Source: a virus
Direction: 5' to 3' (one strand)
Virus record (IMG/VR): IMGVR_UViG_3300012036_000005
Coordinates: 36,553-100,552 of that record
Length of the DNA stretch: 64,000 bases
Position numbers and translations under genes: made by a program. The notes below the pieces were generated by a model. That model saw only the letters and a list, made by a program, of their open reading frames with translations. It did not search any database and had not been told where the DNA came from. This document shows, piece after piece, positions 50,399 to 61,312 of the stretch (position 1 is its first letter; every line of letters begins with the position of its first letter).

Positions 50399-51069
50399 AT
50401 ATGAAAGTACCAAAAAAATATCGCGGCGAAAATTATACTATTACACAATCTCGAAAAGAAGAAAGAGAGAAATGCATCGCCTGCAATGGTAGCGGTCGAT
50501 ATGATCACAATGGATCTCCAAAGTGTAATCAGTGTAATGGAACAGGAAAAAATGTATAAACAATGTGTATTAAGAAAAGAAAACACAGAGCAAACAAGTT
50601 GGATACCAGAAAGGTTTGCAAAAGTTGGTAACATCCTTCGTCTCATTGAAGATGATGGATGGCTTGTGGTGCATGTAGGCACGGAACTATCCGATGAACA
50701 AGTGCATGAACAGAAGAAGCGTATTCACCAAGGTGTATTTCCTTCAATTGTTAAAATGAAAGAATAAGGCAATGATTCGAAATGATTCTGATGAAAGTCT
50801 ATTTACAGGAACAATCGAGACAATGGATATATAGTCAGTGAAAGTCTATTAGAAGATGTAATGTTTCAAGTGGATGTAAAAGATGGTGTTATACTTGATA
50901 ACACCATTCGGGTAGATAAAAATAAGGATTATTTTCAAAAACTTAATCAAGAACTATGGTTTAAATTTGCATTGGAATCTATTCAAAATTACGATGTGTT
51001 CAATGCAATAGATTCCAGCGGCAACATTCTGTATGATGCGGCATATAATGATAAGTAATTTAAAAGTTT

Positions 51070-51147
51070 GGCGGTATAGCTCAGTCCGGTTAGAGCAGCG
51101 GGATCATAATCCGTGTGCCGGGGGTTCAAATCCCTCTACCGCTACCA
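51070..51147 (+). tRNA. tRNA-Met(CAT), elongator
   Basis: Cloverleaf, GGC acceptor start, CCA. Confidence 0.9.
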
Positions 51148-51390
51148 ATTTTAAAATTAATTGTATACATTGAGGATATGAGCAATTTCTAAACCGTGCA
51201 TTTTGGATATCCGATTTTGACAGATAATAGCATTTGGTTTTAATTTCAAATTTAGTTATTAACTGGTTGTTTAGATTAATCTAAACTGGAGAGAGAAGAG
51301 AATGTATACAATTTAAATAGTCTACCTGATATAAAAGGACTAATATAATTAGCATGTCTTTTGAGAAAAGATCTTTGGGTATAGACTAAT

Positions 51391-51467
51391 GGGTCTCTAG
51401 CTCAATTGGTTAGAGCACTGGTCTCATAAGCCGGCGGTTCTGGGTTCAAGTCCCAGGGGACCCACCA
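51391..51467 (+). tRNA. tRNA-Ile2(CAT), probable TilS substrate
   Basis: GGG-start acceptor, CTCATAA loop, A73, CCA; tilS in window. Confidence 0.8.
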
Positions 51468-51834
51468 AATTACTAAACGCATTATATACAAATTGGATTA
51501 AAAATTATCGTAAAACAGATGATTTAATGGAATATCCAGAAACTGAAGAATTTCGTAATATAATGATTCAATTAATGAACAGATCAAAATCTGGCGAAGA
51601 CGAAATGACTATGAAAATTCAAAGGCCAATTGGATTTCGTGGTAAAACTAGAATTGTTGGCATACTTGATCCAGAAAAACAAAAGGTTTTGTATAGAGGT
51701 CAAAATATCAATATTGACCTCACAAAGATCTTTCACCAATTATAAATTTGTATATTTTAATTCTTAAGAATTTCTTATTGACTTTTTCTTGAAATGCTAT
51801 ATTATTTATAAATGCTTAGAAACAAGGATCAATA

Positions 51835-52857
51835 ATGTTTGACCAATCAATTCAAAGAATTGGATTTGCCTGTAAATATATGCACACAAATCGATCATTG
51901 AAAAAAGCTCTCTTAGAAGATTTAGAACGTCCTTTTAATGGTAGATCAACTACCAAAGCTTGGCTCGATCGACAGACCAAATCCGTAGCTGAGCAAAGGT
52001 TACATGAGATAATTAATGACAACATCAAATCTTACAAGAAGTTAATAGAATATGTTGGAACATTAGATCCACAATTGCGTATGTTAAGATTAGGTTCTGA
52101 CCTACTTCCTTTGTTTACAGAGAATACATGGAGCAAATTTTATACTCAAGATATCCTTGATGATATTGAAAAGAGACTTTTTCAGGTTGGGCAAAGTGCG
52201 AGAGACCTTGATATCAAACTTTCAATGCATCCCGGTCAGTTTACAGTATTAGCAAGCGAAAGTGATGATATAGTAAGCAAGTCAATTGAAGAGATGGAAT
52301 ATCATGCTTTGGTTGCACGTTTTATGGGATTTGCAAAAGAATTTCAAGATTTTAAAATAAATGTACATATAAGTGGTCGACGTGGTCCTGCAGGGATCAA
52401 ATCCGCTTTGTTAAAAATGTCGCCGGAAGTTCAAAATACAATAACTATAGAGAATGACGAAAACGCATGGGGTATTAACGATAGTCTTGAACTTGAAAAA
52501 GACTGTGCTCTTGTTCTTGATGTTCATCACCATTGGTGTCGTGAGGGAACTTATTTACAAGCAACAGATGATAGATATAAACGTATAATTGATTCGTGGC
52601 GTGGTATAAGACCAACTATACATTATTCACAAAGTAGAGAAGATTATTTAATTGGACACTGTCCAAATACTTTACCAGATAAAACAAATTTGCTAGCGGC
52701 TGGCTATAAGAAAGGCAAGTTAAGAGCACATTCAGACATGATGTGGAATAACGCTTGTAATGATTATGTTTCTAATTTTTGTCCAACCGCGGATATAATG
52801 GTAGAGGCAAAAAATAAAAATATTGCCAGTCGTGCATTATTTGAAACTTTATATTAA
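51835..52857 (+). CDS. uvsE: UV damage endonuclease (UvsE/UVDE)
   Basis: RIGFAC, RLGSD, SMHPGQF, IENDE, LDVHHH, HYS, AHSD, MVEAK.K. Confidence 0.94.
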   Translation: MFDQSIQRIGFACKYMHTNRSLKKALLEDLERPFNGRSTTKAWLDRQTKSVAEQRLHEIINDNIKSYKKLIEYVGTLDPQLRMLRLGSDLLPLFTENTWSKFYTQDILDDIEKRLFQVGQSARDLDIKLSMHPGQFTVLASESDDIVSKSIEEMEYHALVARFMGFAKEFQDFKINVHISGRRGPAGIKSALLKMSPEVQNTITIENDENAWGINDSLELEKDCALVLDVHHHWCREGTYLQATDDRYKRIIDSWRGIRPTIHYSQSREDYLIGHCPNTLPDKTNLLAAGYKKGKLRAHSDMMWNNACNDYVSNFCPTADIMVEAKNKNIASRALFETLY

Positions 52858-52858
52858 A

Positions 52859-52933
52859 GGGCCTGTAGCTCAGGGGTAGAGCGTCTGCTCGACACGCAGG
52901 ATGTCAGAGGTTCAAATCCTCTCAGGCCCACCA
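52859..52933 (+). tRNA. tRNA-Val(GAC)
   Basis: Cloverleaf, CCA. Confidence 0.92.
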
Positions 52934-52934
52934 T

Positions 52935-53252
52935 TTAAGATCTGCTTTGCCAGAAAGCTTTTGCATCTTTGCTATTGTTAGGATCAGGTATAATTTTTTC
53001 ACCTGTTAATTTTTCGGCATAATTGTAGAGTGCAGTTGCTAAACCTTTTCGCCTATGGTCAGGTTCAATTTCTACCGAACCAATATATTGATTATTGTGT
53101 TCTGGATCTCTACCCCAATTAAATTCTCCAGCAAATTCTTCATTGTAGAAAACAGAGATGGATCCACCTTCAAAATCTTCTACAGTGTATTCAAAGGTAT
53201 AGTCACCTTTTTTCCAAACTTTTGTAGCATCAAACATTTCTCTAAGGAACAT
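52935..53252 (-). CDS. GNAT acetyltransferase
   Basis: VEIEPDHRRKGLATALY acetyl-CoA motif, S.DAKAFW. Confidence 0.85.
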   Translation of the reverse strand: MFLREMFDATKVWKKGDYTFEYTVEDFEGGSISVFYNEEFAGEFNWGRDPEHNNQYIGSVEIEPDHRRKGLATALYNYAEKLTGEKIIPDPNNSKDAKAFWQSRS

Positions 53253-53335
53253 ACAATATTTAGTTGACATTTCATATATTATGTTTTATTATAATAATCT
53301 AAAGTTAAATAAATTTTCCTAACAGGAACCAAGAA

Positions 53336-53854
53336 ATGAACATTAGTGAGCTTGACGATTTCGCGTTCAAATATCCAACTTACATACTTGTAGCTGGAGG
53401 TATTGGTGTTGGCAAATCTCATGTTCTCTCAAAATACATATCAAAAATTCCTATAGTTGATATTGATAATGAAATCGCAAAATTAGCATTATCTTATACT
53501 CATGAGAATTTGTTAATTGCGAGAAAATCTATCAACAAAAAGATAGATTTTTTGAAAGCAAACCATGAGAGTTTTGTTGCTATGGGCACGGCAGCTGATA
53601 CAGCATTCACTATTAATAGATTGTTATGGGCTAGAGATGATAATTTTCATACTGTCTTGCTTCATATTACTTGTCCTGTTGAACAAGCAATTTCTCAAAA
53701 TGAACAACGAAGGAATCAAGGTAGACGAGCAGTACCAATAGAAGATGAATACCTTATTACAAGAACTGCGACAGAGTCAGCAGTGACTGTCTCTATCGTT
53801 TCTCCAACCGATCTAGTAGATCATTATATACATTACGATAACACAAGGATTTAA
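53336..53854 (+). CDS. P-loop kinase (zeta-toxin/AAA_33-like)
   Basis: AGGIGVGKS Walker A; N..R...GRRAVP lid. Confidence 0.7.
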   Translation: MNISELDDFAFKYPTYILVAGGIGVGKSHVLSKYISKIPIVDIDNEIAKLALSYTHENLLIARKSINKKIDFLKANHESFVAMGTAADTAFTINRLLWARDDNFHTVLLHITCPVEQAISQNEQRRNQGRRAVPIEDEYLITRTATESAVTVSIVSPTDLVDHYIHYDNTRI

Positions 53855-54116
53855 AATGGGTATCGAAGCTTTAGGATTGTTGATTTTGTTGAGCACAGGA
53901 GATGTGCTCAACACAGATTATGTAAATTATATGACTCAAGCTGCATATGGAAAAGTGTGTTCAATTCATACTGAAGGTGCTATTCATTATGTAAAATTAC
54001 CTTGCAAAACAATTTTTGAAGAAATCAAACTGGCAACAGAAACTTTTGAAAGCAAAGAGATCAAATAAAAACTTGACAAATCAAATTATATATTGTACTA
54101 TATAAATATAAACAAA

Positions 54117-54192
54117 GGGCTCTTAGCTTAGCGGCTAAAGCATCTGCTTTACACGCAGAAGATCGTAAGTTCGAGTCTTACAGGGCCCACCA
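54117..54192 (+). tRNA. tRNA-Val(TAC)
   Basis: Cloverleaf, CCA. Confidence 0.94.
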
Positions 54193-54211
54193 TACTCCTT
54201 AAGAGGATATC

Positions 54212-55375
54212 ATGTCCGAAATAAAAAAATTAGAAATTGAAAAATTTCAAACACCTGCTGTTATGAAATTAAAACAAATAATGGAAGATGCAGGACATGA
54301 AATTCGCATTGTTGGAGGAGCGGTCCGCGACTTAGTCTTGGGTAAGGAACCCAAGGATATTGATATGGCAACTGACGCCACTCCTGATGAAATGATCAAA
54401 ATTTTTCTTCGTGCGGATATTCGGTATGAACCAACGGGCTTGCACCATGGCACGCTCACAATCATCATAGATGGAGAGATATTCGAAATTACCACGCTTC
54501 GGACTGATAAAGAGACGGATGGACGACACGCTATAGTAGAGTTTACCCGTAACTGGAAAACCGACGCGGAGCGTCGTGATCTCACTTATAACGCTATGAG
54601 TGTTGACCTTAATGGCAACCTCTACGATTATTTCAATGGCGTTGATGACCTTCGTGCAGGTCGTAGTAAGTTCGTTGGTGATACTGCAACTCGTATAGAA
54701 GAAGATTATCTTCGAATTTTGCGTTATTTTAGATTTCAATGTCAGTTAGATAATCCACATTGGGACTCTGATACGATTAAAATCATCAGAGAAAAAACAC
54801 CTAATCTTGTTAAGATTAGTGGAGAACGTATCTGGGCTGAAATGTCTAAAATTTTAAAATCTCAAAAAGTATATCCATGTATGAGGTATATGTACGAAAC
54901 AGATGTACTTGATTATATCTCTTTGTCATTATCTTTTGACGATGTTACTAAGGTTTTAACTTTTAGAAAAGTTTCTAACGATCCTATAATTATTTTAGCT
55001 AGTTTAATTGGTGATTTAGACAAACTTGCTGTTATAAAAGAACGTTGGAAGATTTCAAATGAAGAATATAAATTAATTAACTTTTTGTTATCGAATAAAG
55101 ATACAACTTTAGACAATCTCTTTATTAGAGCAGGATTGTCTCGTGGATATCCACGTAGATATTTCTCTGCTCTTGCATTATTTAAGGGTAATAAAGTTTT
55201 ATCAGAGTTTGCTGAGACTTGTGAAATCCCATTGTTTCCTGTTACGGGAAAAGATTTATTTTCAATAGGAATGAATCAAGGTCCTGATATGGGAAGAGCA
55301 TTAGATTTAATGAGAGATAAATGGGAAAAGTCTAATTTTACACTTGACAAATCACAATTACTTGCTATTATATAA
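54212..55375 (+). CDS. cca: CCA-adding tRNA nucleotidyltransferase (class II)
   Basis: VGGAVRD...[36 protein letters not shown]. Confidence 0.93.
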   Translation: MSEIKKLEIEKFQTPAVMKLKQIMEDAGHEIRIVGGAVRDLVLGKEPKDIDMATDATPDEMIKIFLRADIRYEPTGLHHGTLTIIIDGEIFEITTLRTDKETDGRHAIVEFTRNWKTDAERRDLTYNAMSVDLNGNLYDYFNGVDDLRAGRSKFVGDTATRIEEDYLRILRYFRFQCQLDNPHWDSDTIKIIREKTPNLVKISGERIWAEMSKILKSQKVYPCMRYMYETDVLDYISLSLSFDDVTKVLTFRKVSNDPIIILASLIGDLDKLAVIKERWKISNEEYKLINFLLSNKDTTLDNLFIRAGLSRGYPRRYFSALALFKGNKVLSEFAETCEIPLFPVTGKDLFSIGMNQGPDMGRALDLMRDKWEKSNFTLDKSQLLAII

Positions 55376-55397
55376 GCACAACAAAAGGAACAAAAAA

Positions 55398-56006
55398 TTG
55401 CTAGTAGAACAGAACAACTTGGTACCGATGGTAGTTGAAGACTCGGGCCGAGGCGAGCGTGCCTTTGATATCTATAGTCGATTGCTACGTGAACGTATTG
55501 TTTTCTTAAATGGACCAGTAGATGATTATTCAGCTAATCTAATCTGTGCTCAGATGCTTTATCTTGAATCGGAAAACGATAGCAAGGATATTAGCCTTTA
55601 TATTAATTCACCTGGTGGACATATAACATCTGGTATGGCAATCTTTGATACAATGAATTTTATCAAACCAGACGTGAGTACACTAGTTATGGGGCAAGCA
55701 TGTTCAATGGGATCATTTCTGTTGTCAGCTGGTACAAAAGGAAAGAGATACAGTTTGCCAACAGCACGGATAATGATTCATCAACCAAGTGGTGGCACAA
55801 GAGGACAAGTAACTGACATTGAAATCTCTTATCGAGAGATTCAACGTGTAAAGGAACAGCTGACCGGTTTCTACGCTAAACATAGCACAACTGGAAAGAA
55901 ATATGAAGAATTTCTTGAAGCTATGGAACGAGATCGTTTTATGAGTGGCGAAGAAGCTCGTGATGTTTGGGGCATTGTTGACCAAGTTGTTGAGAAGCGT
56001 CCTTAA
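55398..56006 (+). CDS. clpP: ATP-dependent Clp protease proteolytic subunit
   Basis: [36 protein letters not shown]. Confidence 0.96.
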   Translation: MLVEQNNLVPMVVEDSGRGERAFDIYSRLLRERIVFLNGPVDDYSANLICAQMLYLESENDSKDISLYINSPGGHITSGMAIFDTMNFIKPDVSTLVMGQACSMGSFLLSAGTKGKRYSLPTARIMIHQPSGGTRGQVTDIEISYREIQRVKEQLTGFYAKHSTTGKKYEEFLEAMERDRFMSGEEARDVWGIVDQVVEKRP

Positions 56007-56025
56007 AGTTTAATAAATAGAATAT

Positions 56026-56101
56026 GCTGGCGTGGCACAGTTGGTAGCGCAAGGGTTTTGTAAACCTTAGGTCGGGAGTTCGAGTCTCTCCGCCAGCACC
56101 A
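56026..56101 (+). tRNA. tRNA-Thr(TGT)
   Basis: Cloverleaf, CCA. Confidence 0.94.
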
Positions 56102-56115
56102 GTTTTGGTATTAAA

Positions 56116-56283
56116 ATGATAATATGCAGTTGCAGAAATATCAGTACTAATGATTTTAATTCTTTGAAAGAATTAAAAGAAAGACTGTTTAAAAATGACG
56201 CAGAATGCGGAACTTGTCAAGAAGATATAGAATTACTTTTTGATGAAGTAGATAATATAAAACAACTAGTGAAAGAGCTATAA
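56116..56283 (+). CDS. Bfd-like [2Fe-2S] ferredoxin
   Basis: Hand-translated MIICSCRNIS...ECGTC; CxC...CxxC ligands. Confidence 0.7.
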   Translation: MIICSCRNISTNDFNSLKELKERLFKNDAECGTCQEDIELLFDEVDNIKQLVKEL

Positions 56284-56865
56284 AGCTAAAGGAGAAAAAT
56301 AGTTATGACATAGGTACAATTTGCAGCGAAAGACGTGGTCTTTCATTTCAACAAAAAAAGCCTCGAAGATGCGACCATCCCAATGTGGGTCCTCAAATCT
56401 CGTGGGAAAAGCTATTACATTGATCATTTAGAAGCGGACCTTCCGTTTTCTACTAAAGAGACACCAGATAATCCGCACACAAAAGGTGCGATCAAATTTA
56501 AAAATGTTCACGTTACAATTAACGAAGAGAATGTTGCACAATTACGAAGAGCTACTGCTCTTGATTTACAAGAACAGAAAGAGAAAGACAAACCTCCTAT
56601 TCGCGTAATTGCAGATGGGGTTAATTTAACCAAATTAACTGAGGTAGTTAAGAAATTTAAAATCCAACATGATCCCATTAAAAAATATGGTGGAGAATGT
56701 AGAGATGATTTTTTTGTTTTTGACTTAAAAAGAGACCAAGATTTTACTTTACTTAGCATGGCAACAGATGTTAATATACGTTTACTAAATGCTAATGAAC
56801 ACTATTATACTGAATATTCTAAATAGAGAGCTACACAAAACTTTCATTTTTTATAGAAATGGTTA

Positions 56866-56944
56866 GCTCGGTTAGCTCAGATGGTTAGAGCCGGAGTCTC
56901 TAAAACTCAGCGTGTCAGGGGTTCAAGTCCCTTACCGAGCACCA
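56866..56944 (+). tRNA. Amber suppressor tRNA (anticodon CTA)
   Basis: GCTCGGT/ACCGAGC-A-CCA acceptor; GAGT-CT-CTA-AA-ACTC anticodon arm; GTTCAAGTC T-loop. Confidence 0.88.
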
Positions 56945-57382
56945 ATACTAGGGAATATAAAAATGAGCGAATATGATAGATCAAATCCCTTTCTTACTCA
57001 TCTATACGAGTTTGATTATTCTAAAAGAATTCCTTTTAACAGAGGAGCAAATTTAGTTCGCTCACCAAAGAATTTTCGTTTGTATCTGCTTTCTTTTTTA
57101 GATCGACCTGATGTACAAATGGCAGTGAATCGAGAAAATTGCTTGCATACCTTTCATCAACCTCTCAAGGGTATGTTAAAAGACGGGTATGTTAAAATGA
57201 CAACTGGAAACAAATATAGCAGGATGAGATCTTATTCTTATTTGGTTATTACTATAACTAAAAAAGGTAAGGCATATCTTAAAAATAATAAAAAAAGCCT
57301 AAATAAATTAATGCTTGACAATACAGTTTAAGACATTATACTGTATAGACAATAAAGAAACACACACAAAATTAAAGATAAA

Positions 57383-57645
57383 CTAGTGCGCTTAATGATA
57401 TAGTGCCAAAAATAGCTTCCTTCTTATTTTTATTTGCAAAAAACCTAGCTATTTAACTTTCACTATATCATTAAGCGCATTAGAAATGAGATTCGGGCCA
57501 TGGAACGGCTTCCTTCTATCTACCAGCAGGCGCAAGCCTGCATATCATCAAGACAGTTGTTCCATTTTCCCGTAACTAATGTGGGCCAAAAATAGCTTCC
57601 TTCTTATTTTTATTTAGAAAAAACCTAGCTATTTAACTTTCCCAC
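57383..57645 (+). ncRNA. Three tandem hairpin RNAs sharing a CC-bulge / GCUUCCUUCU motif
   Basis: Copies 57383-57483, 57494-57572, 57581-57645; different stems, same junctions. Confidence 0.75.
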
Positions 57646-57667
57646 TACTTCACAAAGGAGAAGAGAA

Positions 57668-59782
57668 ATGAAGATTAAGAATTCTTTCGCGCTAAAGAAG
57701 CTAAATGCGGTCGTAGTTGACGCCGGAAACGCAGACAACAAAGAACTGGCTATGACGTTAAACGTCAATATTATGAATCTTGGATTTGTTATGTCGGCTC
57801 CTCTCTTTGATGCGGTAGCCTCTCTCTCCGATAAAAAGATTGAAAAATTTGCTACAGGTATGGTTCGTGAACTAAAGTATTTGGTTGGAGCGAACGTAAG
57901 GTACCAGCCAATGTATCCAAATTTTCCACAGCAAGTAATCGAAGCAGATGATTACGAATTGCTTTATAATGCACTTCTGCATTATTGGTCCTTTGGAGAA
58001 ATATTGCCAGAGTATGAAGAAAAAGCACGTGAATTTTCTTTTGAGAAAATCAAGCTCAAGACAATTGGTCTTGCAACTCAAGCAGAATTTGATGCTATTC
58101 TAACCAAGTTGCTTTCGTCTGCGGATTCTATATCTGACGAGGACAAAGAAATCATTGAATGGTTCAATGAAAACCATCCAAACTTTGAATCTCTTGTACC
58201 AAGCACAATTCCTCACAAGGAAAATATGTCACTTGTTGCAGGAATGCGAGTTAAACAAGGTGATGATATTACTTCACTTGTTAAGACCGGTACTGATGTT
58301 ATGCGTGTCTATGCTTATTTGTCAGACGCTGATGTATCTTTGACCGATAAGGTTAAATTTAAGTCAATGCCAAAGAAGGTTCGTCGTCAACTTACACTTT
58401 CTCTTGAGAAGGTATTGAACGACGAAGATCTTGCACGTCGACCAAACGAATTTGTTCGTATGTCACACAGCTTGCATGTTGGTGATTTCTCTAATGAAGT
58501 CTGGCAGAAAGTTAACAAGGTGCGTGACAACAAGCGCCGCGGTGAGATTGAAACTTTTTCTGGAAAGATTGAGTCTGCAATCATTGCTAAGGATTTTCTT
58601 GGAGCATCAAAGATGCTCAAGAGTCGTCCTGGTGAATTTGCACGTCGAATTTCTGAACTAATTGATAAGAGTGGCGAAGTAGAAGCAATCTTGCGTGATT
58701 TTACGGCAGTGGTTGACCATGTTCCAACTCGTGTTCTTGCACAGGTTTGGGGTTACGTTAACTCTCGACGCACAAAGAACGACAAGATGTTTGTCATGCC
58801 AAAGGGTGCTTCGACACAAAACGCAATGGTCATCAAGAAGCCAAAGAATGCTTGGTCGTCCAAGACCGTTGACGATTTTGAAAAGGTCATCCGTGATTCT
58901 CTCCTAAGTCGTTTCTCTAAACTAGACAAGCTAGGAAAGGTTTATGTTGATCCGGCATTGATGGGTTGCCCGTTGCCAACGCAGATGCGTTCAACTAGCA
59001 AGGCGGTTAAGACACTAGCACGTGGTACTAGGATGCCTTTTGGCGACGACAAAGGAACGCTTCGATTCTTTATCTACTGGAAGGGAATGGACATTGATTT
59101 GTCTGCTACATTCCATGGCGAGGATTTTGAGATGCGTGACCAAGTCTCATACACGAACTTGCGTTCTGAAGTTGTAAAGGCATATCACTCCGGTGATATC
59201 ACCCGAGCTCCAACCGGCGCTTCGGAGTTTATCGACATCGACATTGATTCTGCTCTAGCAGCAGGACATCGATATGTTGCGATGAACGTTTATGTCTTCA
59301 ACGGACCAAGCTTCGCTGAGCATGAAATCTGCTATGCAGGTTGGATGACTCGTTCTAAGCCAAAGTCTAATGAGATATATGATCCGAAAACTGTTGTGCA
59401 GAAGGCAGACCTTACGTCGGAGTCTAGGAATGCAATACCGGCAGTGTTTGACCTTCAAACACGCGAAGTGATTTGGCTTGATATGTCAACTTCTGGTCGT
59501 TTAGGTTATAGCTTTGAAAGTTCATGGGGTCGCACCGGACGTAATATTAAGTGGCGCGGCGGCAACAATGTGGAAGCCAATAAAGCTACTACATCAGAGA
59601 TGATTGAATTTTTCACAATGCGAAACAACAAGATCAGTTTGTATGAGCTTTTCGAAACTCATGGTGCTGCACGAGGCGAATTGGTTACTAACCGTGATGA
59701 AGCAGACTATGTATTTGCTTGGGATGGAGACACTACTCCATTCGACATCATGGATATTAATTCAATGTTTGTGATAGATTAA
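57668..59782 (+). CDS. Large helical protein with C-terminal TerD-like domain
   Basis: PMYPNFP.QV, RPGEFARR; C-terminal FF.YW...DIDLS...HSGDIT.AP.GASEFIDID. Confidence 0.75.
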   Translation: MKIKNSFALKKLNAVVVDAGNADNKELAMTLNVNIMNLGFVMSAPLFDAVASLSDKKIEKFATGMVRELKYLVGANVRYQPMYPNFPQQVIEADDYELLYNALLHYWSFGEILPEYEEKAREFSFEKIKLKTIGLATQAEFDAILTKLLSSADSISDEDKEIIEWFNENHPNFESLVPSTIPHKENMSLVAGMRVKQGDDITSLVKTGTDVMRVYAYLSDADVSLTDKVKFKSMPKKVRRQLTLSLEKVLNDEDLARRPNEFVRMSHSLHVGDFSNEVWQKVNKVRDNKRRGEIETFSGKIESAIIAKDFLGASKMLKSRPGEFARRISELIDKSGEVEAILRDFTAVVDHVPTRVLAQVWGYVNSRRTKNDKMFVMPKGASTQNAMVIKKPKNAWSSKTVDDFEKVIRDSLLSRFSKLDKLGKVYVDPALMGCPLPTQMRSTSKAVKTLARGTRMPFGDDKGTLRFFIYWKGMDIDLSATFHGEDFEMRDQVSYTNLRSEVVKAYHSGDITRAPTGASEFIDIDIDSALAAGHRYVAMNVYVFNGPSFAEHEICYAGWMTRSKPKSNEIYDPKTVVQKADLTSESRNAIPAVFDLQTREVIWLDMSTSGRLGYSFESSWGRTGRNIKWRGGNNVEANKATTSEMIEFFTMRNNKISLYELFETHGAARGELVTNRDEADYVFAWDGDTTPFDIMDINSMFVID

Positions 59783-59833
59783 CAAAAAAGTAGTTGACAA
59801 CATAGAAAAACGTTGTTATACTTTTTAAATAAT

Positions 59834-59987
59834 AAAACGTTGCTGCGGTACACGATATGCTAAAAACCGTCAGCCACTTAAACAGAATGAGAACTGGCTC
59901 TGTCATGCCGTGGTATGTTATACTGGTTCTCAGCTTTACCTTTGGGTTGAGCAGGTTCTGAGCAGCCGGTACAGGTGGTAACGTTTT
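59834..59987 (+). ncRNA. Candidate small RNA with its own promoter
   Basis: TTGACA/TATACT upstream; AAAACGTTGC/GTAACGTTTT closing stem; no ORF. Confidence 0.5.
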
Positions 59988-60070
59988 GTTAAAAGTTTGA
60001 ATTAGTAGTTGACATAGTTTAAAATTGTGTTATACTGTTTAAACAGTAAGACATAACAACAAAGGAGAAC

Positions 60071-60926
60071 ATGGGCGGTGTAGCGTCCATAAGGGCAGGT
60101 GCAGCAATGCACTTAAAGGTAGGAAGCCTACATACTACCACTAACAGCAATGTTAGCCCAACTATGCAAGCCTGAATTAGATGATGCCGGTAATCATTCC
60201 GTAGCATGTCCCATCCTTAGGAAGGTGGTAAGCTTGAAGATAGTAAGACAGTCCGAAAGGATAACACTGGAGCCAGTCGGTGAGGTGTAATGCGGTTGGC
60301 GCCGCTACTGACTTAGCCAAACTATCGAGAGCCTAATACTAACAGGTAGGACAGAGTCTGATCGTTAGCGCGAAAAGGCGACGTCCATCACAAACGAAGA
60401 AGGGTGAGAAGCCCGGAAACGTGAAGTGAGGCTTAGTACCCCGCAAGGAGAAAAGCAGGTGGTGTGTTGTATTTTGTATCTAACAAGGTACGAAGCAACT
60501 GGGGCAGCACATCGCAGTAGGTTGCAATATAGCCAAACGGTAAAGGCAACGGTTTCTAAGACCGTCGATTACAGGTTCAAATCCTGTTATTGATAAAAGC
60601 AAAGACTGGCCCGGTCGCATGTTAAAGATGCCTAATGCTAAACCTCGGTGAGGAATTTAGCACACCGGAGCTCGCAAGGCAAAGGTGTTTGTTGGAAGTG
60701 AAGACGTAAAGGGTTAGCGCCTTTGAATTGCTCGCAAGGCAAGCGGAAGAACGAACGACGAGTAGCATGTGACGACGAGTGAAAAGCGACACTCTCAAAA
60801 ACGCGGCATTGGTTGATACTAGGGTAGTTGTTTACAACACTTTAGTGGATAAGGAATTAACATGCCTCGCAAGGGCATGGTACGGTTCTACTAAAGGCAA
60901 CCATTAAAACGTGTAATCTCAGCGTT
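60071..60926 (+). ncRNA. Large ornate ncRNA, GOLLD-like
   Basis: About 850 nt GC-rich ORF-free region with many GCAA/GAAA-capped hairpins, in a tRNA cluster, own promoter; family by recall only. Confidence 0.65.
60523..60594 (+). tRNA. tRNA-like domain with CTA anticodon embedded in the large ncRNA
   Basis: D arm TAGCCAAACGGTAAAGGCA, ACGGT-TT-CTA-AG-ACCGT, ACAGG-TTCAAAT-CCTGT; 5-bp acceptor, no CCA. Confidence 0.7.
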
Positions 60927-60990
60927 GATTTACTAGACCGAAAGAGCTCAATAGGCTCTTTCCGTGTGATAAATAAACTATATAGAGTTT

Positions 60991-61066
60991 GGGGTCTTAG
61001 CTCATCTGGGAGAGCGTCTGCTTTGCACGCAGGAGGTGATCGGTTCGAGTCCGATAGGCTCCACCA
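60991..61066 (+). tRNA. tRNA-Ala(TGC)
   Basis: Cloverleaf, G3:U70, CCA. Confidence 0.95.
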
Positions 61067-61095
61067 ATATTAAGACATGACAAAGGGCAGTAACA

Positions 61096-61307
61096 TGTTA
61101 AAATTTGGATATCATGGATCTTCAAAAATCTTTGAAAAATTTAATACCAAAGAAATTTTTCTTGCAAAGGGTGAGCATGAAGCAAGACGGTATGGAAGTA
61201 ATATGTACAAAGTTTGGTTTGAAGGAAACCCAATGTTTGAAACAGGAACTATCTTTGTTATTGGACTAGACAACATTAAAGAAATTGAGAACATTACTAG
61301 TTCTTAA
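61096..61307 (+). CDS. Small ART-like hypothetical protein
   Basis: YHGS...F..F...IFL......A..YG pattern. Confidence 0.45.
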
Positions 61308-61312
61308 ATTAT

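Noticed and set aside
57383-57645. CRISPR array
   Set aside because: Only three units of unequal length that conserve structure, not a fixed repeat with unique spacers; no cas genes in the window.
60071-60926. Group I/II intron or RNase P RNA
   Set aside because: No interrupted host gene, and no recognisable group I core, group II domain V or RNase P GAGGAAAGUCC motif.
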